The notes under the pieces are model-generated. The model worked only from the letters and a program-made list of their open reading frames with translations, had not been told where the DNA came from and made no database searches. Position numbers and translations under genes: made by a program. DNA of 64,000 bases from Bacteroidota bacterium (GTDB taxonomy: Bacteria > Bacteroidota > Rhodothermia > JANXDC01), in assembly GCA_025998875.1 (NCBI GenBank), contig AP024675.1:1641077-1705076 (forward strand), in the 5' to 3' direction. Shown piece after piece: positions 29,176-39,344 of the stretch. Every line of letters begins with the position of its first letter. Within the stretch, counting starts at the first letter, position 1.

Positions 29176-31290
29176 ATGGCCCTTAAGCGGAAAGAGGAGC
29201 CGATGAGCTCGACGATCGATCGTATGCGCAGATATCTGCGGGAACTGGCCTACAACCTGTGGTGGAGCTGGAATCCAGAGGCACAGGCCCTCTTTGAGGC
29301 GCTCAATCCCTTGCTCTGGCAGGCCAGCCGCCACAACCCGGTGGCCGTCTGGCGCGCTCTGGATGAGGCCCTGCTCAGGGATCGCGCCGAGAGCCCGGCC
29401 TTCCGGGAGCATCTCGAAAGCGTTTACGAGCGATTCCGGGCCTATATGGACAGAGAGGCGGAAAATGGCCATGAGCAGGGGCTGGTGGCGTATTTCTGCA
29501 TGGAATTCGGTCTGCACGAGAGCCTGCCCCTATATGCGGGCGGGTTGGGCGTGCTGGCTGGCGATCATCTGAAGTCGGCCAGCGATCTGGGCATCCCCAT
29601 GGTGGCCGTGGGGATCTTGTGGCGCGAGGGGTACGGTAGCCAGCGCTTTACCCCGGAGGGGTGGCAGCTGGAGCACTACGAGCCTCTGGATCCCTATTTG
29701 GGGCCCTTTGTGCCACTTACGTATCCGGATGGGGCGCCGATTCTGGTCTCCGTACCGCTGCAGGGACGTCGGGTCTGGATACGGGGCTGGCGCCTGCAGG
29801 TGGGCCGAGTGCCCCTGTACCTACTGGATACGGATTTCGAAACGAATTCGGAGCCGGACCGCGCGCTCACCCGTCGGCTCTACGCTGATGGGGCGGATCT
29901 GCGTATCCGACAGGAGGCCGTCCTCGGCATCGGGGGGGTGCGCCTGCTCCGCGCCCTCGGGATCAGACCCACCACCTTTCACCTCAACGAGGGGCACAGC
30001 GCCTTGCTACTGCTGGAACTGCTCCGTGAAGCGCGCGCGGAGGGATACGGCTGGCAAGAGGCATGGGAGCGCGTCCGTCAGCAGTGTGTCTTTACCACGC
30101 ACACCCCTGTGCCCGCCGGGCATGATCGCTTCGAACCCGAGCTCATGGAGCGCGTTCTGGACAGCTATCGCCTTGAGCTGGGCCTCAGTCAGGAACAGTT
30201 CCTCGCCCTGGGGCGCGTCTATACGGGCGATGCGCGGGAGCCTTTCTGCATGACCGTGCTAGCCCTGAAGGGATCCCGCTGGGCCAACGGGGTAAGCCGC
30301 CTGCACGCGGAGGTGTCGCGCAACATGTGGCAGGAGCTCTACCCGGATCACCCGGTACAGGAGGTGCCCATCACGCACGTAACCAACGGCGTACACCTGC
30401 CCGGTTGGGCCAGCAGAACGGCTCGAGAATTCCTTCGTCGGTACTTCGGCCCGGACTGGGAAGAGCACCAGATTGAGCCGGATTTCTGGGCCCGGATTGA
30501 TGAGGTGCCGGATGAAGTCCTGTGGGCCTATAGAAACACCCTACGTCGGGAACTGATCGGTTTCATCGCCGAGTACGTGCGCACCCAGTCGCTTTCGGTC
30601 CCCGCACCGGCGCTCAATCCGGAGGCGCTCACGATCGGTTTTGCGCGGCGTTTTGCCCCCTACAAGCGGCCCACCCTTCTGTTCCGGGATCCGGATCGCC
30701 TGGCGCGGTTGCTCAGCGATCCCGACCGCCCGGTGCAGATCTTCTTTGCCGGAAAAGCCCACCCCCGGGATGACTGGGGGAAGCGGCTGCTGCAGGAGAT
30801 ATATCAGCTGAGCCTGCGTCCGGAGTTCGCCGGCAAGATCATACTGCTGGAAGATTACGATCTGCACATCGCCCGTCAGCTGGTGGCGGGCTGTGATGTG
30901 TGGCTCAACACCCCGCGTCGGCCTTATGAGGCCAGCGGCACCAGCGGCATGAAGGTTACCCTCCATGCCGGTTTGAACGCAAGCGTGCTCGATGGGTGGT
31001 GGTGCGAGGGCTTCAACGGCCGCAACGGATGGGCCATAGGTGACGGGACCGAGGAGCGCGACCCCCAGCTACAGGATGCGCGGGATGCGGAGGCCCTGTA
31101 TGCCGTGCTGGAGGGGGAGATTCTTCCCCTTTTCTTCGAACGCGATGAACAGGGCATACCTCGCCGCTGGTTGGAGCGGGTCCGGGAGGCGTGGAAGACG
31201 CTTCTGGCTTCCTTCAACACCTGCCGCATGCTCCAGGAATATTGGCAAAAAGCCTACCGGCACGCGGATTGGTCCACCGTCGGCCGTTAG
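29176..31290 (+). CDS. glgP: Alpha-glucan phosphorylase
   Basis: YFCMEFGLHESLPLYAGGLGVLAGDHLK, HLNEGH, EASGTSGMK. Start may be 29203 (GAGGAG RBS). Confidence 0.93.
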   Translation: MALKRKEEPMSSTIDRMRRYLRELAYNLWWSWNPEAQALFEALNPLLWQASRHNPVAVWRALDEALLRDRAESPAFREHLESVYERFRAYMDREAENGHEQGLVAYFCMEFGLHESLPLYAGGLGVLAGDHLKSASDLGIPMVAVGILWREGYGSQRFTPEGWQLEHYEPLDPYLGPFVPLTYPDGAPILVSVPLQGRRVWIRGWRLQVGRVPLYLLDTDFETNSEPDRALTRRLYADGADLRIRQEAVLGIGGVRLLRALGIRPTTFHLNEGHSALLLLELLREARAEGYGWQEAWERVRQQCVFTTHTPVPAGHDRFEPELMERVLDSYRLELGLSQEQFLALGRVYTGDAREPFCMTVLALKGSRWANGVSRLHAEVSRNMWQELYPDHPVQEVPITHVTNGVHLPGWASRTAREFLRRYFGPDWEEHQIEPDFWARIDEVPDEVLWAYRNTLRRELIGFIAEYVRTQSLSVPAPALNPEALTIGFARRFAPYKRPTLLFRDPDRLARLLSDPDRPVQIFFAGKAHPRDDWGKRLLQEIYQLSLRPEFAGKIILLEDYDLHIARQLVAGCDVWLNTPRRPYEASGTSGMKVTLHAGLNASVLDGWWCEGFNGRNGWAIGDGTEERDPQLQDARDAEALYAVLEGEILPLFFERDEQGIPRRWLERVREAWKTLLASFNTCRMLQEYWQKAYRHADWSTVGR

Positions 31291-32330
31291 CCCAGCTCTA
31301 GCACCCGATCGGCAGCCCGTCTGAGGCGATCCCGTATAGCCAGCCCCAGACCATGGCCGCCGAAGTCACGGGCCAGCAGCCGCTCTGCCGGGGATTGGTC
31401 CAGCCGCCTCAGGGCCGCATACAGGTTGCGTGCCACCCCAGCAAGGTCCTTCAGGGACCCGACCACCTCCAGCAGGTGGGGGCCCGGATCGGCAAGATGG
31501 GCCAGGTCTTCTTCGGCGATCAGCAACCCCAGGCGGAATGGGCTGGAGCGCATCTGCTCACGCAGATGGGCGCGCACGGACTCCGGGGGGCCGATGATTA
31601 GCTCCAGGGGTTTATGGGGAGCATAATGCCGTTCCAGCAACCCCGGTGATCGGAGGGGGCCCTCCGGAGGGGTGTGATCTCGTATCAGCACAGGCCCCAG
31701 TACTTCCTGAAGCGCTTCGGGCGTGATTCCGCCGGGCCGCAGCACCACGGGTGGCTGTCTGGTGAGGTCGAGCACGGTCGATTCCACCCCCAGCGGGGTC
31801 GGACCTGCGTCCAGGATCATATCGATGCGTCCATCTAGATCGGCGCGCACGTGTTCGGCCGTGGTGGGGCTTGTGTGGCCGAACAGGTTGGCGCTGGGCG
31901 CAACCAGGGGGCGGTCGGCCGCCCGCAGCAGGGCCAGCGCCACGGGATGGGCCGGAATGCGTATGGCCACGGTATCGGCTCCACCGGTGACAAGAGGGGA
32001 GAGCAGGTGTAGCCGGGGCAGGACCACGGTCAGGGGCCCCGGCCAGAACCGCCGGGCCAGCCGGTAGACGGCGTCCGGCACGTAGGCGGCCACATAGGAG
32101 ATCATGGCCAGATTGGGCACGTGCACGATCAGCGGATCGCTGAGCGGTCTTTCCTTGGCCTCGAATACCCGGCGGACCGCTTCCTCATTGAGCGCGTCTG
32201 CGCCCAGACCGTAGACCGTCTCCGTGGGAAAGGCCACCAGCCCTCCCCGTCGGATGATCTGCGCGGCCTCGGAGATCAGGCGCCGTTCCGGTTTTTCGGG
32301 GTGCACTTTGCGTATGAGGGTCTTCTGCAT
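31287..32330 (-). CDS. sua5: L-threonylcarbamoyladenylate synthase (Sua5 type)
   Basis: AFPTETVYGLGA, FWPGPLT, APSAN, GVESTVLD, SPG...HYAP, DRLRRAA. Confidence 0.92.
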   Translation of the reverse strand: MQKTLIRKVHPEKPERRLISEAAQIIRRGGLVAFPTETVYGLGADALNEEAVRRVFEAKERPLSDPLIVHVPNLAMISYVAAYVPDAVYRLARRFWPGPLTVVLPRLHLLSPLVTGGADTVAIRIPAHPVALALLRAADRPLVAPSANLFGHTSPTTAEHVRADLDGRIDMILDAGPTPLGVESTVLDLTRQPPVVLRPGGITPEALQEVLGPVLIRDHTPPEGPLRSPGLLERHYAPHKPLELIIGPPESVRAHLREQMRSSPFRLGLLIAEEDLAHLADPGPHLLEVVGSLKDLAGVARNLYAALRRLDQSPAERLLARDFGGHGLGLAIRDRLRRAADRVLELG

Positions 32331-32366
32331 AGGCCGCTGTGGGGTGCATGAGGAAGCCGTTTGGCC

Positions 32367-33671
32367 TCAGGAAATCACCGATTCCGGGATGGCCTCCAGG
32401 GCGGCCTCCAGATCCCGGATGAGGTCTTCAGGTTCCTCCAATCCGATGGAGAGCCGGATACCCCCCGCGGGAATGCCGATGGATTCCTGCACCTCGGGCG
32501 GAATGGCCGCATGCGTCATGGAGCTCGGATGCTCGATGAGCGTGCGCACGTTGCCCAGACTCACGGCCAGCGTAATGGTGTAGGCATGTCGGGCGATGTG
32601 GTTCATAAAGGCGCTGGCCAGCAGTTGCCGTTCCTCGGGACTGTTTCCGGCAAGTTCGAAAAACAGAATAGTGCCCGGGGCGAAGCGGTTCCGGTAGTCG
32701 CGCATCTGCCGCTGGGCCAGCTCGTACTGGGGAAATGTGGGCAGTCCGGGATAGACCACGCGGGCCACCCGCGGGTGCTGGCTTAGGTATTCGGCCACGA
32801 TTCGGGCCGTCTCCTGCTGGCGTTCTACCCGCACAGCCAGGCTGGGAAGCCCGTAGGCCAGGATGCTCCAGGCCGAGCGAGGGGAAAGGGCGCCCCCAAA
32901 GTCTTTGCGATACAGCAGCAGGTCGTCCCGAAACGACCACGGACAGATGACCGCGCCCCCCATGTCTGTGCCGAAGCCACCGATGTTCTTCGTCAGACTG
33001 TGGACCACGAAATCAGCCCCGAGCTCCAGCGGCCGCTGACAGTACGGGGTCGCAAACGTGTTGTCCACCACGACATAGATGCGCTCCTCGGGGGGGCGTC
33101 GGCTGTTATGGCGTTTTACCTGTTCCGATACGGCCCGGATGTCGATGAGCTCCAGAGTCGGGTTGACCGGTGTTTCGAAGTACACCACCCGCGTTTGGGG
33201 CAGCAGATTGGCCTCTAGCGCCTCTGGATCGGTCAGGTCCACCGGCGTGGCGCGGATACCGTAACGGGGAAGCCAGTTGTACAGCAGGCTGTGCGTGCAG
33301 CCATAGAGCGTTTTATGCGCCACGATGTGTTGGCCCTGCTGCAGGAGCACACCCAGAATAGCCGAGATAGCGGCCATACCTGTGGCAAAAGTCACGGCCG
33401 TCTCCCCGCCCTCGGCGATGGCCAGATGTTCTTCCAGGAGCTCCTTGTTGGGCTCCCCGAGCCGATCGTAGATGTAGATGGGTTTTTCGCGCAGGTGTTC
33501 TTCACGGGCGAAGTGCTGAAACCCCTCCGCGCCCCGATAGGTGGAGTCCAGCCGAAACGTCGTCGAAGTCGATATCGGGGGCACAACGTGGTGGCTGTAG
33601 TCCCAGGCCTTGGAGTGGAATTTGCCATGTATGAGCTGGCTGGGCACCTGGTAGCGTTTTCGGGAGGCCAT
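32367..33671 (-). CDS. Cys/Met-metabolism PLP-dependent enzyme (methionine gamma-lyase-like)
   Basis: YDRLGEPN, GMAAIS, TLYGCT, ETPVNP, DNTFATP, HSLTKNIGG (PLP Lys), AVSLG, IRLSIGLE. Confidence 0.85.
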   Translation of the reverse strand: MASRKRYQVPSQLIHGKFHSKAWDYSHHVVPPISTSTTFRLDSTYRGAEGFQHFAREEHLREKPIYIYDRLGEPNKELLEEHLAIAEGGETAVTFATGMAAISAILGVLLQQGQHIVAHKTLYGCTHSLLYNWLPRYGIRATPVDLTDPEALEANLLPQTRVVYFETPVNPTLELIDIRAVSEQVKRHNSRRPPEERIYVVVDNTFATPYCQRPLELGADFVVHSLTKNIGGFGTDMGGAVICPWSFRDDLLLYRKDFGGALSPRSAWSILAYGLPSLAVRVERQQETARIVAEYLSQHPRVARVVYPGLPTFPQYELAQRQMRDYRNRFAPGTILFFELAGNSPEERQLLASAFMNHIARHAYTITLAVSLGNVRTLIEHPSSMTHAAIPPEVQESIGIPAGGIRLSIGLEEPEDLIRDLEAALEAIPESVIS

Positions 33672-33687
33672 GACGTGTTTCTCCTCT

Positions 33688-34347
33688 TCAGCGTTCCGCT
33701 TTGAAGTATGTGGATATGATCTCCGGACCCGGTCGGGGGAGCTCGAAGACGTCCGTGCGCACCCGCACGTAGGCCGAGCCCCCCAGGCGGCCGATCGGGT
33801 CGTAGGCCTCCAGCCGGATGCGCCCCTCTTCGTAGAGCTCCTCCCGGACGTGGGCCACCAGAACCTGGCCCACCACGAGTGTGCCGCTCAGCGGGCCTTC
33901 CCCGATGGGAAGCAGATGCAGCAGCTGGCACTCGAATTGGATGGGGGATTCGGCAACTCGGGGAGGGCGGACCCGAAGGCTCTCGATCGGGGTCAGTCCG
34001 GAGACCGCGAACTCATCGACCTCTTGAGGCCAGTCGGCCGAGGCGCGGTTCATGGCCTCAGCCAGCGCGAAGGAAATGCAGTTGACCACGAATTGCCCGG
34101 TTTCCTCGATGTTGCGCAGGGTATCCTTCCGGCTTCCGTCCCCGCGCCGCATGGGGGAGATGGCCACGGCCGGGGGATTGGCCCCGACGCCCATGAAAAA
34201 GCTGAAGGGGGCCAGGTTCGGTTGGCCTTCCCGGTTTACGGTCGAGACCAGCGCGATCGGGCGGGGCACGATGGAGCCGATGAGGAGCTTGTAGCGCTCC
34301 TGCACGTCCATCCGGCTCAGCTCGAGCAGGCGATGGGTTTGCGGCAT
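33688..34347 (-). CDS. Flavin reductase family protein
   Basis: VPRPIALVST...NLAPFSFF...KDTLRNI...GRLGG. Confidence 0.88.
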   Translation of the reverse strand: MPQTHRLLELSRMDVQERYKLLIGSIVPRPIALVSTVNREGQPNLAPFSFFMGVGANPPAVAISPMRRGDGSRKDTLRNIEETGQFVVNCISFALAEAMNRASADWPQEVDEFAVSGLTPIESLRVRPPRVAESPIQFECQLLHLLPIGEGPLSGTLVVGQVLVAHVREELYEEGRIRLEAYDPIGRLGGSAYVRVRTDVFELPRPGPEIISTYFKAER

Positions 34348-34358
34348 CGTTGCTTCCC

Positions 34359-35528
34359 TTAGGCGTTTACGGGTTTTTCCAGCCAGGAATAGGCATACTG
34401 CTCATCCTCCAGGGCCAGGGCCTGCCTGGTGAGCGCAAGCGGCCGGAAGGTATCGATCATCACGGCCAGCTCCCGCGTTTCCTTGGCTCCGATGCTGGCC
34501 TCTACTGTGCCCGGATGGGGGCCGTGCGGGATGCCCCCCGGATGCAGAGTAATGGAGCCTATCTCGATCCCGCGCCGGCTCATGAAGTTCCCATCGACGT
34601 AGTAGAGCACCTCATCGGAGTCGATGTTGGAGTGGTTGTAGGGGGCCGGTATGGCCAGCGGATGGTAGTCAAAAAGCCGGGGCACGAAGGAGCAGACGAC
34701 CAGATTGGGACCGGCGAACATCTGGTGTACGGGCGGCGGCTGGTGTATGCGCCCGGTGATGGGCTCGAAGTCGTGAATGGAAATGGCCCACGGATAGTTG
34801 TATCCATCCCATCCCACCACATCGAAGGGGTGATGGGGATAGATGAACCGATACAGGAAGCCCTGTTTTTTGACCCGCACCTCGAATTCCCCGGCCTCAT
34901 CGTAGGTGTGCAATTCCGTCGGGGGACGCATGTCCCGCTCGCAGTACGGGGCGTGCTCCTCCATCTGACCGTAGGCGTTGCGGTACTTGCGGGGGATCTC
35001 GATGGCTCCGCGCATTTCGGCAATGAAGAGCCGCACCGGGGTGCCGGTAAGCCGGTAGCGGTGGATGGTGCCGCGCGGGATGATGAGATAATCGCCCGCC
35101 CCGAAAGGCACGTCGCCGAAGATCGTCTCCAGCACCCCTTCACCCTGGTGCACGAAGATCAGCTCATCGCCTTCGGCGTTTTTATAGAAGAAGCCCGTTT
35201 CCCTTTCGGTCGGACGGGCCACGGAGATCACCACATCCGCATTGACCAGGAGCGGTACCCGGGAGGAGAGGAAATCGCCGCCTTCCGGGGCGTTCCAGGT
35301 GCGCAGATGCCGCGGCCGGAGGTCGGTGGGGATCACCTCCGGTTGCCAGGGTATGGGATCCAGAATGCGGGCGATGCGGGTCGGCGGGTAGAGATGATAC
35401 AGGATGGCCGATACGCCGGAGAATCCCTCGGTGCCGAAGACCTCTTCGGCATACAAGGATCCGTCGGGTTTACGGAATTGCGTATGCCGCTTATGCGGCA
35501 CCTCTCCCAGACGCACGTAGTACGGCAT
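34359..35528 (-). CDS. hmgA: Homogentisate 1,2-dioxygenase
   Basis: HPFDVVGWDG, GRIHQPPP, PYNHSNIDSDE, HPGGIPHGP. Confidence 0.92.
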   Translation of the reverse strand: MPYYVRLGEVPHKRHTQFRKPDGSLYAEEVFGTEGFSGVSAILYHLYPPTRIARILDPIPWQPEVIPTDLRPRHLRTWNAPEGGDFLSSRVPLLVNADVVISVARPTERETGFFYKNAEGDELIFVHQGEGVLETIFGDVPFGAGDYLIIPRGTIHRYRLTGTPVRLFIAEMRGAIEIPRKYRNAYGQMEEHAPYCERDMRPPTELHTYDEAGEFEVRVKKQGFLYRFIYPHHPFDVVGWDGYNYPWAISIHDFEPITGRIHQPPPVHQMFAGPNLVVCSFVPRLFDYHPLAIPAPYNHSNIDSDEVLYYVDGNFMSRRGIEIGSITLHPGGIPHGPHPGTVEASIGAKETRELAVMIDTFRPLALTRQALALEDEQYAYSWLEKPVNA

Positions 35529-35539
35529 GGCTTCTCCTC

Positions 35540-36535
35540 CTATGCAGGGCTGTCAACGATTCGATTCTGCAACCTGCCCAGCCGTTCGATTTCTAGCACG
35601 ACCTCGTCTCCCGGTTGCAGCCAGGGCAGGGTCTCTGGAGCTCCGAGTTCGAGCAGGCATCCGGAGCCCACGGTGCCGGAGCCGATGAGCGTACCCGGGC
35701 TCAGGCGCACAGCCTGGCTGGCCCAGGAGAGGAGCTCACCGAAGTCGTAGTGCATGTCCGCCGCGTTGCCTTCGCTCAGGAGGCGGCCGTTCACATAGGC
35801 GCGCATGAGCAAATCATATCGGCCCCGACCTCGGCGGCGATCGCGCAGCGCATCGGCCGTGACCAGGCAGGGCCCGATGCTGGTGGCGAAGTCTTTGCTC
35901 TTCGACGGGCCCAGACCCACGGCCATTTCGCGACGCTGCAGATCGCGCGCACTCCAGTCGTTGAGGATGGTAAAACCCAGGATGGCCCCTTCGGCCTCTT
36001 CCGGGGAGGCATTCTGCAGAGGCCATCCCAGCACCGCCCCCAGCTCCAGCTCATAGTCCAGCGCCCGGGTATAGGGAGGGCGCACGATGGCGTCCCCGGG
36101 TCCGCAGATGGCCTCGTGGTTGGAGAAGTAGAACACGGGGATCTCGTACCATTCCGGGGGCACTTGCAGCCCCCTCCGAGCCCGAGCGGCGCGCACGTGC
36201 GCCTCAAAGGCGTAAAAATCCCGGAACGCCGGAGGGCGGGGCACAGGGGGCAGAAGCCGCACCGAGCGAAGCGGGAAAAGGAGCTCGCCGGTGAGCTCCG
36301 GATCCGCCTGCCATAGCTCCAGGGCCTCCTGGGCGGTCTCCAGAAGCCGGCGGCTGTCCCGCAACCAGAACTCCATGCGGTTCTGCGCCAGACGTAGGCG
36401 CCATTCGGTGTGTCCGATCTGACCCCGTCGATAGGCGGACAGGGCCACGGCGGCGAGGCTGAGGACGTGTTCTTCCGCGATCCAGATCCCCACCTGCTCC
36501 CCGTAGCCCGGGTGCCGAAAGCTGACCAGGCGCAT
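35540..36535 (-). CDS. fahA: Fumarylacetoacetate hydrolase family protein
   Basis: RDFYAFEAH, LDYELELG, NDWSARDLQ, SKDFATSIGP, GSGT; lies between hppD and hmgA. Confidence 0.85.
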   Translation of the reverse strand: MRLVSFRHPGYGEQVGIWIAEEHVLSLAAVALSAYRRGQIGHTEWRLRLAQNRMEFWLRDSRRLLETAQEALELWQADPELTGELLFPLRSVRLLPPVPRPPAFRDFYAFEAHVRAARARRGLQVPPEWYEIPVFYFSNHEAICGPGDAIVRPPYTRALDYELELGAVLGWPLQNASPEEAEGAILGFTILNDWSARDLQRREMAVGLGPSKSKDFATSIGPCLVTADALRDRRRGRGRYDLLMRAYVNGRLLSEGNAADMHYDFGELLSWASQAVRLSPGTLIGSGTVGSGCLLELGAPETLPWLQPGDEVVLEIERLGRLQNRIVDSPA

Positions 36536-36543
36536 GATGGCGC

Positions 36544-37677
36544 CTACAGGTTACCTCTTAGGGCCTGCTCGCGTTCAATGGCTTCAAAGAGCGCTTTAAA
36601 GTTGCCTTTCCCAAAAGATCGAGCCCCCTTGCGCTGGATGACCTCATAAAAGAGCGTGGGCCGATCCTGCACGGGTTTGGTGAAGATCTGCAGCAGGTAG
36701 CCCTCATCATCCCGGTCAACGAGGATGCCCAGATCGCGCAGCTCCTCTACGGGTTCGTCGATTTTGCCCACACGGGCCTGCAGATCATCATAGTACGTGG
36801 TGGGCACGTAGAGGAACTCCACACCCCGATTCCGGAGGGCGCGAACCGTCTCCAGGATATTGGACGTGTGCAGGGCGATATGCTGCACTCCGGGTCCGTG
36901 GTAGTACTCCAGATACTCCTCGATCTGGGATTTGCGCTTGCCCTGCGCGGGCTCGTTGATCGGAAACTTGATCCGTCCGTTGCCGTTGGCCATGACTTTG
37001 GACATGAGGGCGGAGTATTCGGTGGAGATGTCCTTATCGTCGAAGGAGATCAGTTGTTTGAACCCCATCACGTCCCGGTAGAAGGCCACCCAGTGCTGCA
37101 TCTTGCCCAGTTCTACGTTGCCGACGCAGTGGTCGACATACTCAAACCCCACAGGGGGCGGGTTGTAGGGTTTCTGCACGGGCTTGTAGCCGGGCAGAAA
37201 GGGGCCGTGGTATTCGTGGCGCTCCACAAAGGTGTGGATCGTATCCCCATAGGTGCGGATGGCCGAAAGGCGGACGCGGCCGAACTCATCTTCCAGCACC
37301 TCCGGGGCGCGCACGGGCTCGGCCCCGCGCCGTACGGTCTCCTCGAAGGCGCGGGCCGCATCGTCGACCCACAGCGCGATATCCCGCACCCCGTCGCCGT
37401 GTCTGCGGACATGATCCCAGATCGGATGCTCCGGATGATAGGCCGAGGTGAGCACAAGGCGCACTTTGCCCTGTTGCAGGCAGTAAGAGACGATATCCCG
37501 CGATCCGGTCTCCAGTCCCCGATAGGCGATGAGCTGGAAACCAAAGGCCGTCTGGTAAAAATAGGCGGCCTGACGGGCGTTGCCGACGTAGAATTCGATG
37601 TAGTCCGTGCCGTTGATGGGCAGAAAATCCGCCTCGGCGGCCTCGGGGTGGGCCTGCGGAAGCATGGCGTCAGACAT
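36544..37677 (-). CDS. hppD: 4-hydroxyphenylpyruvate dioxygenase
   Basis: [47 protein letters not shown]. Confidence 0.96.
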   Translation of the reverse strand: MSDAMLPQAHPEAAEADFLPINGTDYIEFYVGNARQAAYFYQTAFGFQLIAYRGLETGSRDIVSYCLQQGKVRLVLTSAYHPEHPIWDHVRRHGDGVRDIALWVDDAARAFEETVRRGAEPVRAPEVLEDEFGRVRLSAIRTYGDTIHTFVERHEYHGPFLPGYKPVQKPYNPPPVGFEYVDHCVGNVELGKMQHWVAFYRDVMGFKQLISFDDKDISTEYSALMSKVMANGNGRIKFPINEPAQGKRKSQIEEYLEYYHGPGVQHIALHTSNILETVRALRNRGVEFLYVPTTYYDDLQARVGKIDEPVEELRDLGILVDRDDEGYLLQIFTKPVQDRPTLFYEVIQRKGARSFGKGNFKALFEAIEREQALRGNL

Positions 37678-37692
37678 GACGGACCTCCTCCT

Positions 37693-38202
37693 TTATTTGC
37701 CTCTGGACTCGCGCTCGGATTCCGTAAGCGGAAACCGGGTTTCCTGCTTGAGCGCGCGTAGTACGAAGCGCGTCTCGATCTGCCGAATCGGGGCGGCGGG
37801 GGTGAGCTTGTGCAGGACGAAATCCTCGTATTCGGCGATGTCCCGTACGGCCACCTTGAGCAGGAAGTCGGTCTGCCCCGCGATATGATAACACTCCAGC
37901 ACCTCGGGCATGGTTTCCACGGCGCGCTGGAGCTGCGCGATCGCCTCCAGGGTGTGTTCGCGCAGGGATACGGAGACAAAGGCCAGCGTGCCGCGCCCGA
38001 TTTTGGCCGGATCCAGCAGGGCCACGTATTTGCGGATGTATCCGGCCTGTTCCAGTTTGCGCACCCGGCGCAGGGTGGGAGGGGGGGTCAGCCCCACCCG
38101 TTCGGCCAACTCGGCATTGCTGAGCCGGCCGTTTTCCTGAAGCAGATCCAGGATGCGTCGGTCGATAAAATCCAGCGGAAGCTTGTCCATAGAAGCACGC
38201 AA
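37693..38202 (-). CDS. Lrp/AsnC family transcriptional regulator
   Basis: LDFIDRRILDLLQENGRLSNAELA HTH; EVLECYHIAG..DFLLK. Start 38202 or 38190. Confidence 0.92.
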   Translation of the reverse strand: MRASMDKLPLDFIDRRILDLLQENGRLSNAELAERVGLTPPPTLRRVRKLEQAGYIRKYVALLDPAKIGRGTLAFVSVSLREHTLEAIAQLQRAVETMPEVLECYHIAGQTDFLLKVAVRDIAEYEDFVLHKLTPAAPIRQIETRFVLRALKQETRFPLTESERESRGK

Positions 38203-38342
38203 GATTGCGAAAAACAGGATGTATTCGGTCGGAATATAACACCTATTCCCGTAATCCGGAAATTCTCGAATGCCCGAACCAGCGGGGGAACCCGCCTCCT
38301 CCTGGTCCGGGTTGAATGCCCCGGCAGGATACGGAGGAATCG

Positions 38343-39329
38343 ATGCGCATCGGTGCGCTCGAGCTGGGGCTCAGGCCCGTTGTGCTGGCGCCCATGGAGG
38401 ATGTGACCGACTCCGGGTTTCGCCAGCTGTGCCGACGGATGGGGGCCGATATGGTGTATACGGAGTTCATCAGCGCAGACGGGTTGTTGCGGGCTCCGGA
38501 TCGTCTGCGGCCCAAGATCGAATTCGCCCCCGAGGAACGCCCGATCGCCATTCAGCTCTTCGGCGATGATCCCGAGGCGATGGCCGAAGCGGCCCGTTTT
38601 GCCGAGTCCTTCGATCCGGATGTGATCGACATCAACTTCGGTTGTCCTGTGACGAAGATCGTCTGTCAGGGCGCCGGAGCGGCCGTACTGCGCGATCTGC
38701 CCCGGATGCAGGCCATCGCCCGCGCCGTGGTGCGGGCCACAAGCAAGCCCGTTACCGTGAAAACCCGGCTGGGATGGGATGAGAACTCGATCCGTATTCT
38801 CGAGGTGGCGTGCATGCTCCAGGATGTGGGCGTGCAGGCCCTCACCGTGCATGCGCGCACGCGGCATCAGTTTCATCAGGGTCCGGCCCGATGGGACTGG
38901 TTGCGGCGTCTGAAGGAGGATCCCGGGATCCAGATCCCCATCATCGGCAACGGGGATGTCTGCACGCCCGAAGACGCCCGACGCATGTTCGAGGAAACCG
39001 GCGTCGACGGGGTTATGATCGGGCGCGCCGCCATAGGCAATCCTTGGATTTTTCGGGACGTCAAGTACTATCTGCAGACCGGAGGCCTGCCCCCTCCGCC
39101 TACGTTTGCTGAACGGTTGGCCTTGTGCGCCGAACACCTGCGGCTCTCGGCCCGGGTCAAAGGGGAGCGCAGAGCCGTACTGGAGATGCGCAAGCACTAC
39201 GGCAACTATTTCAAGGGATTTCCCAGCGCCCGGCGCATACGACAGCGCCTCATGGAGCCGGATACCCTGGAAGGGGTGCTGGAGGTGCTCGCCGCTCTGG
39301 AGTCTATGGAGGAAGTTCCCCTGGCCTGA
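38343..39329 (+). CDS. dusB: tRNA-dihydrouridine synthase
   Basis: LAPMEDVTD, DINFGCP, HART, IGNGD, MIGRAAIGNPWIF. Confidence 0.92.
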   Translation: MRIGALELGLRPVVLAPMEDVTDSGFRQLCRRMGADMVYTEFISADGLLRAPDRLRPKIEFAPEERPIAIQLFGDDPEAMAEAARFAESFDPDVIDINFGCPVTKIVCQGAGAAVLRDLPRMQAIARAVVRATSKPVTVKTRLGWDENSIRILEVACMLQDVGVQALTVHARTRHQFHQGPARWDWLRRLKEDPGIQIPIIGNGDVCTPEDARRMFEETGVDGVMIGRAAIGNPWIFRDVKYYLQTGGLPPPPTFAERLALCAEHLRLSARVKGERRAVLEMRKHYGNYFKGFPSARRIRQRLMEPDTLEGVLEVLAALESMEEVPLA

Positions 39330-39344
39330 GCCCGGAGGGCCTGC

